DNA of 64,000 nucleotides from Candidatus Latescibacterota bacterium (GTDB lineage: Bacteria > Latescibacterota > UBA2968 > GCA-2709665). The notes under the pieces are model-generated. The model saw only the letters and a program-made list of their open reading frames with translations, searched no databases and had not been told where the DNA came from. The stretch covers positions 3,296,001 through 3,360,000 of the forward strand of contig OZ250150.1 of NCBI GenBank assembly GCA_965237675.1, in the 5' to 3' direction. Made by a program: the position numbers and the translations under genes. This document shows, one piece after another, positions 62,208-64,000 of the stretch (its first letter is position 1; every line of letters begins with the position of its first letter).

Positions 62208-63224
62208 ATGAAGCCTAGGAACTTCCAGATGCCCAGGTCCGTCCAGATCGATGAGGATAGCCTCACCAATTCTTACGGAATGTTTACGGTACAACCTCTG
62301 GAACGTGGGTTTGGAACCACGATTGGCAATGCGTTGCGTCGGGTATTGCTCTCATCCATAGAAGGCGCTGCCGTTAAGGCCCTTCGAGTGGAAGGTGTGC
62401 AACATGAGTTCTCCGTTGTATCGGGGGTTGTCGAGGACATGACCGAAGTCGTCCTGAATCTCAAAGAGGTCAACCTGCGGATGCATTCGGACGAAGACAA
62501 GTTGCTTCGAATCGACAAAGTGGGTCCGGGCGCATTGACGGCAAAGGAGTTGGAGGTGGATGCGGATGTTGAAGTCATGAATCCCGATCAGCATATTGCA
62601 TCTCTGGACAAAGACGGCCATCTGGAAATGGAGATTACGGTAGGCAGCGGGCGGGGATATGTGCTGGCCGAAGAGAATAAAGTCACCGAACCCGCTACCG
62701 ATACGATTATGCTCGACTCTGCATTTTCTCCCATCCGAAAAGTGCATTATGAGGTGGATAATGCCCGCGTGGGGCAACAGACGGATTACGACAAGCTTAC
62801 TCTGACAGTCTGGACCAACGGAGCGGTACGGCCCGACGACGCCGTGTCTCACGCGGCAAAGGTACTGAAGGACCATCTGGAACTCTTTATTCACTTCGAG
62901 GAAGAGCCTGAGGAGGAATACGAGGAAATTATCGACGAAGACACACAGCGCGTGGCTTCGCTCCTGCAGATGCCGGTGGAAGAACTGGAACTGTCGGTTC
63001 GTTCCGCCAACTGTTTGAAGGCTGCCAATATTCCGACCCTTGAAGATTTGGTACAAAAGACCGAAACGGAGATGCTGAAGTTTCGTAATTTCGGCCGAAA
63101 ATCACTGAACGAATTAACGGCCATCCTGGAAGGGCTGGGCCTGCAATTCGGCATGGATATAACGAAATACAGCGGGATTGCCGCCAAGATTGAAGAGGTG
63201 GGGGTGCTGGAAGACGAATTTTAA
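62208..63224 (+). CDS. rpoA: RNA polymerase alpha subunit
   Basis: PLERGFGTTIGNALRRVLLSS, LSVRSANCL, NFGRKSL; AAGGAG RBS. Confidence 0.97.
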   Translation: MKPRNFQMPRSVQIDEDSLTNSYGMFTVQPLERGFGTTIGNALRRVLLSSIEGAAVKALRVEGVQHEFSVVSGVVEDMTEVVLNLKEVNLRMHSDEDKLLRIDKVGPGALTAKELEVDADVEVMNPDQHIASLDKDGHLEMEITVGSGRGYVLAEENKVTEPATDTIMLDSAFSPIRKVHYEVDNARVGQQTDYDKLTLTVWTNGAVRPDDAVSHAAKVLKDHLELFIHFEEEPEEEYEEIIDEDTQRVASLLQMPVEELELSVRSANCLKAANIPTLEDLVQKTETEMLKFRNFGRKSLNELTAILEGLGLQFGMDITKYSGIAAKIEEVGVLEDEF

Positions 63225-63239
63225 CCGGGAAGACGGGAT

Positions 63240-63791
63240 ATGAGACACGGAAAGAGGGGGCGAAAGCTCGGACGTACAGCCAGCCACAAGAGAGCAACGT
63301 TAAACAACATGGCCACGTCTCTATTTACGTACGGTTCAATTCGCACGACGTACGCAAAGGCCAAGGAGTTGCGTGGTGTGGCCGAACGCCTGATTACATT
63401 TGCCAAGCGGGGCGATTTACATGCCAGAAGGCAGGTCCTGCGGCGGATTCGAAACCAGAGCGTGGTTGCCAAACTTTTTGACGAGATCGCAACTGCATTC
63501 GAGGAACGGAATGGGGGCTATCTGCGGTTACTCAAACTGGGACCTCGACGCGGCGACAGTGTTGAGATGTGTCTGGTGGAGATGGTCGGGGAGGAGTTGA
63601 GGGCCGATTTTTCGGGAAGATCGGAATCTCGCGACGAGGCCGGTTCCGCGAATGAAAACGGGGATACAGGAGAAGCTCCCGCCGAGGAGATCGCTAACCA
63701 ATCGGGCGAATCATCTTCAGTTCCGCCCGATGTGGCCGACTCCGAGGGAGATGGCGAATCCCGAGAGGAACGAGAGCGTACGAAGAAATGA
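63240..63791 (+). CDS. rplQ: 50S ribosomal protein L17 with acidic C-terminal tail
   Basis: MRH...RKLGRT, TT..KAK, RNGGY.R, RRGD. Confidence 0.96.
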   Translation: MRHGKRGRKLGRTASHKRATLNNMATSLFTYGSIRTTYAKAKELRGVAERLITFAKRGDLHARRQVLRRIRNQSVVAKLFDEIATAFEERNGGYLRLLKLGPRRGDSVEMCLVEMVGEELRADFSGRSESRDEAGSANENGDTGEAPAEEIANQSGESSSVPPDVADSEGDGESREERERTKK

Positions 63792-63820
63792 GTCCGTTGC
63801 GTCGCAACAATTGTGGGACG

Positions 63821-63860
63821 AGAGGGCAAATCGGCAAGTCGGTCGATTTGCCCTTTGTCT
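63821..63860 (+). terminator. Intrinsic terminator after rplQ
   Basis: Stem AGGGCAAATCGGC / GTCGATTTGCCCT followed by TTGTCT. Confidence 0.75.
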
Positions 63861-64000
63861 TCCGATCCGTTCCGAGGTCGTATCTCGTCTGTCTCTGCCT
63901 TGTACTCTGCCTCTGGGCGGGAGAGGTTGGCGGATCCGACCGGCCGAATGACGAGTTTCGGGGATTGTGGGTGGTTCGCCATTGGTTGAAGAATCGGGCG

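Overview
A GC-rich bacterial chromosome segment, almost entirely + strand, with four zones. (1) 0.2-5.7 kb: a polyamine-type ABC importer (two permeases, an ATPase and two tandem-duplicated substrate-binding proteins). (2) 5.8-12.1 kb: an accessory or defence-like patch containing a clan AA aspartic protease, a lipoprotein, a RES-domain protein, a decayed PIN toxin with its intact partner, an AT-rich SIR2-family gene, an AAA-ATPase/PD-(D/E)XK protein and a small ORF. (3) 12.2-33.2 kb: a Gfo/Idh/MocA oxidoreductase and an oligogalacturonate-lyase-like gene; then a TPR-MoxR-DUF58-BatA-E operon with a GldA/GldF/GldG/DUF4340 ABC module embedded in it; then a plant-type threonine synthase beside a plant-type cystathionine gamma-synthase, the latter behind a SAM-II riboswitch with a clear terminator/antiterminator. 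(4) 33.4-63.8 kb: tRNA-Tyr/Gly/Thr/Trp, rpmG, secE, nusG, rplKAJL, rpoBC, and the str, S10, spc and alpha operons. RpoB and uS12 differ from consensus at classic rifampicin and streptomycin resistance positions. Gene content suggests an FCB-group bacterium such as a Latescibacterota or Gemmatimonadota relative; this is inference only. All family assignments come from motif recognition by eye and recalled reference sequences, not database searches. No CRISPR array, rRNA, integrase or transposase was seen.
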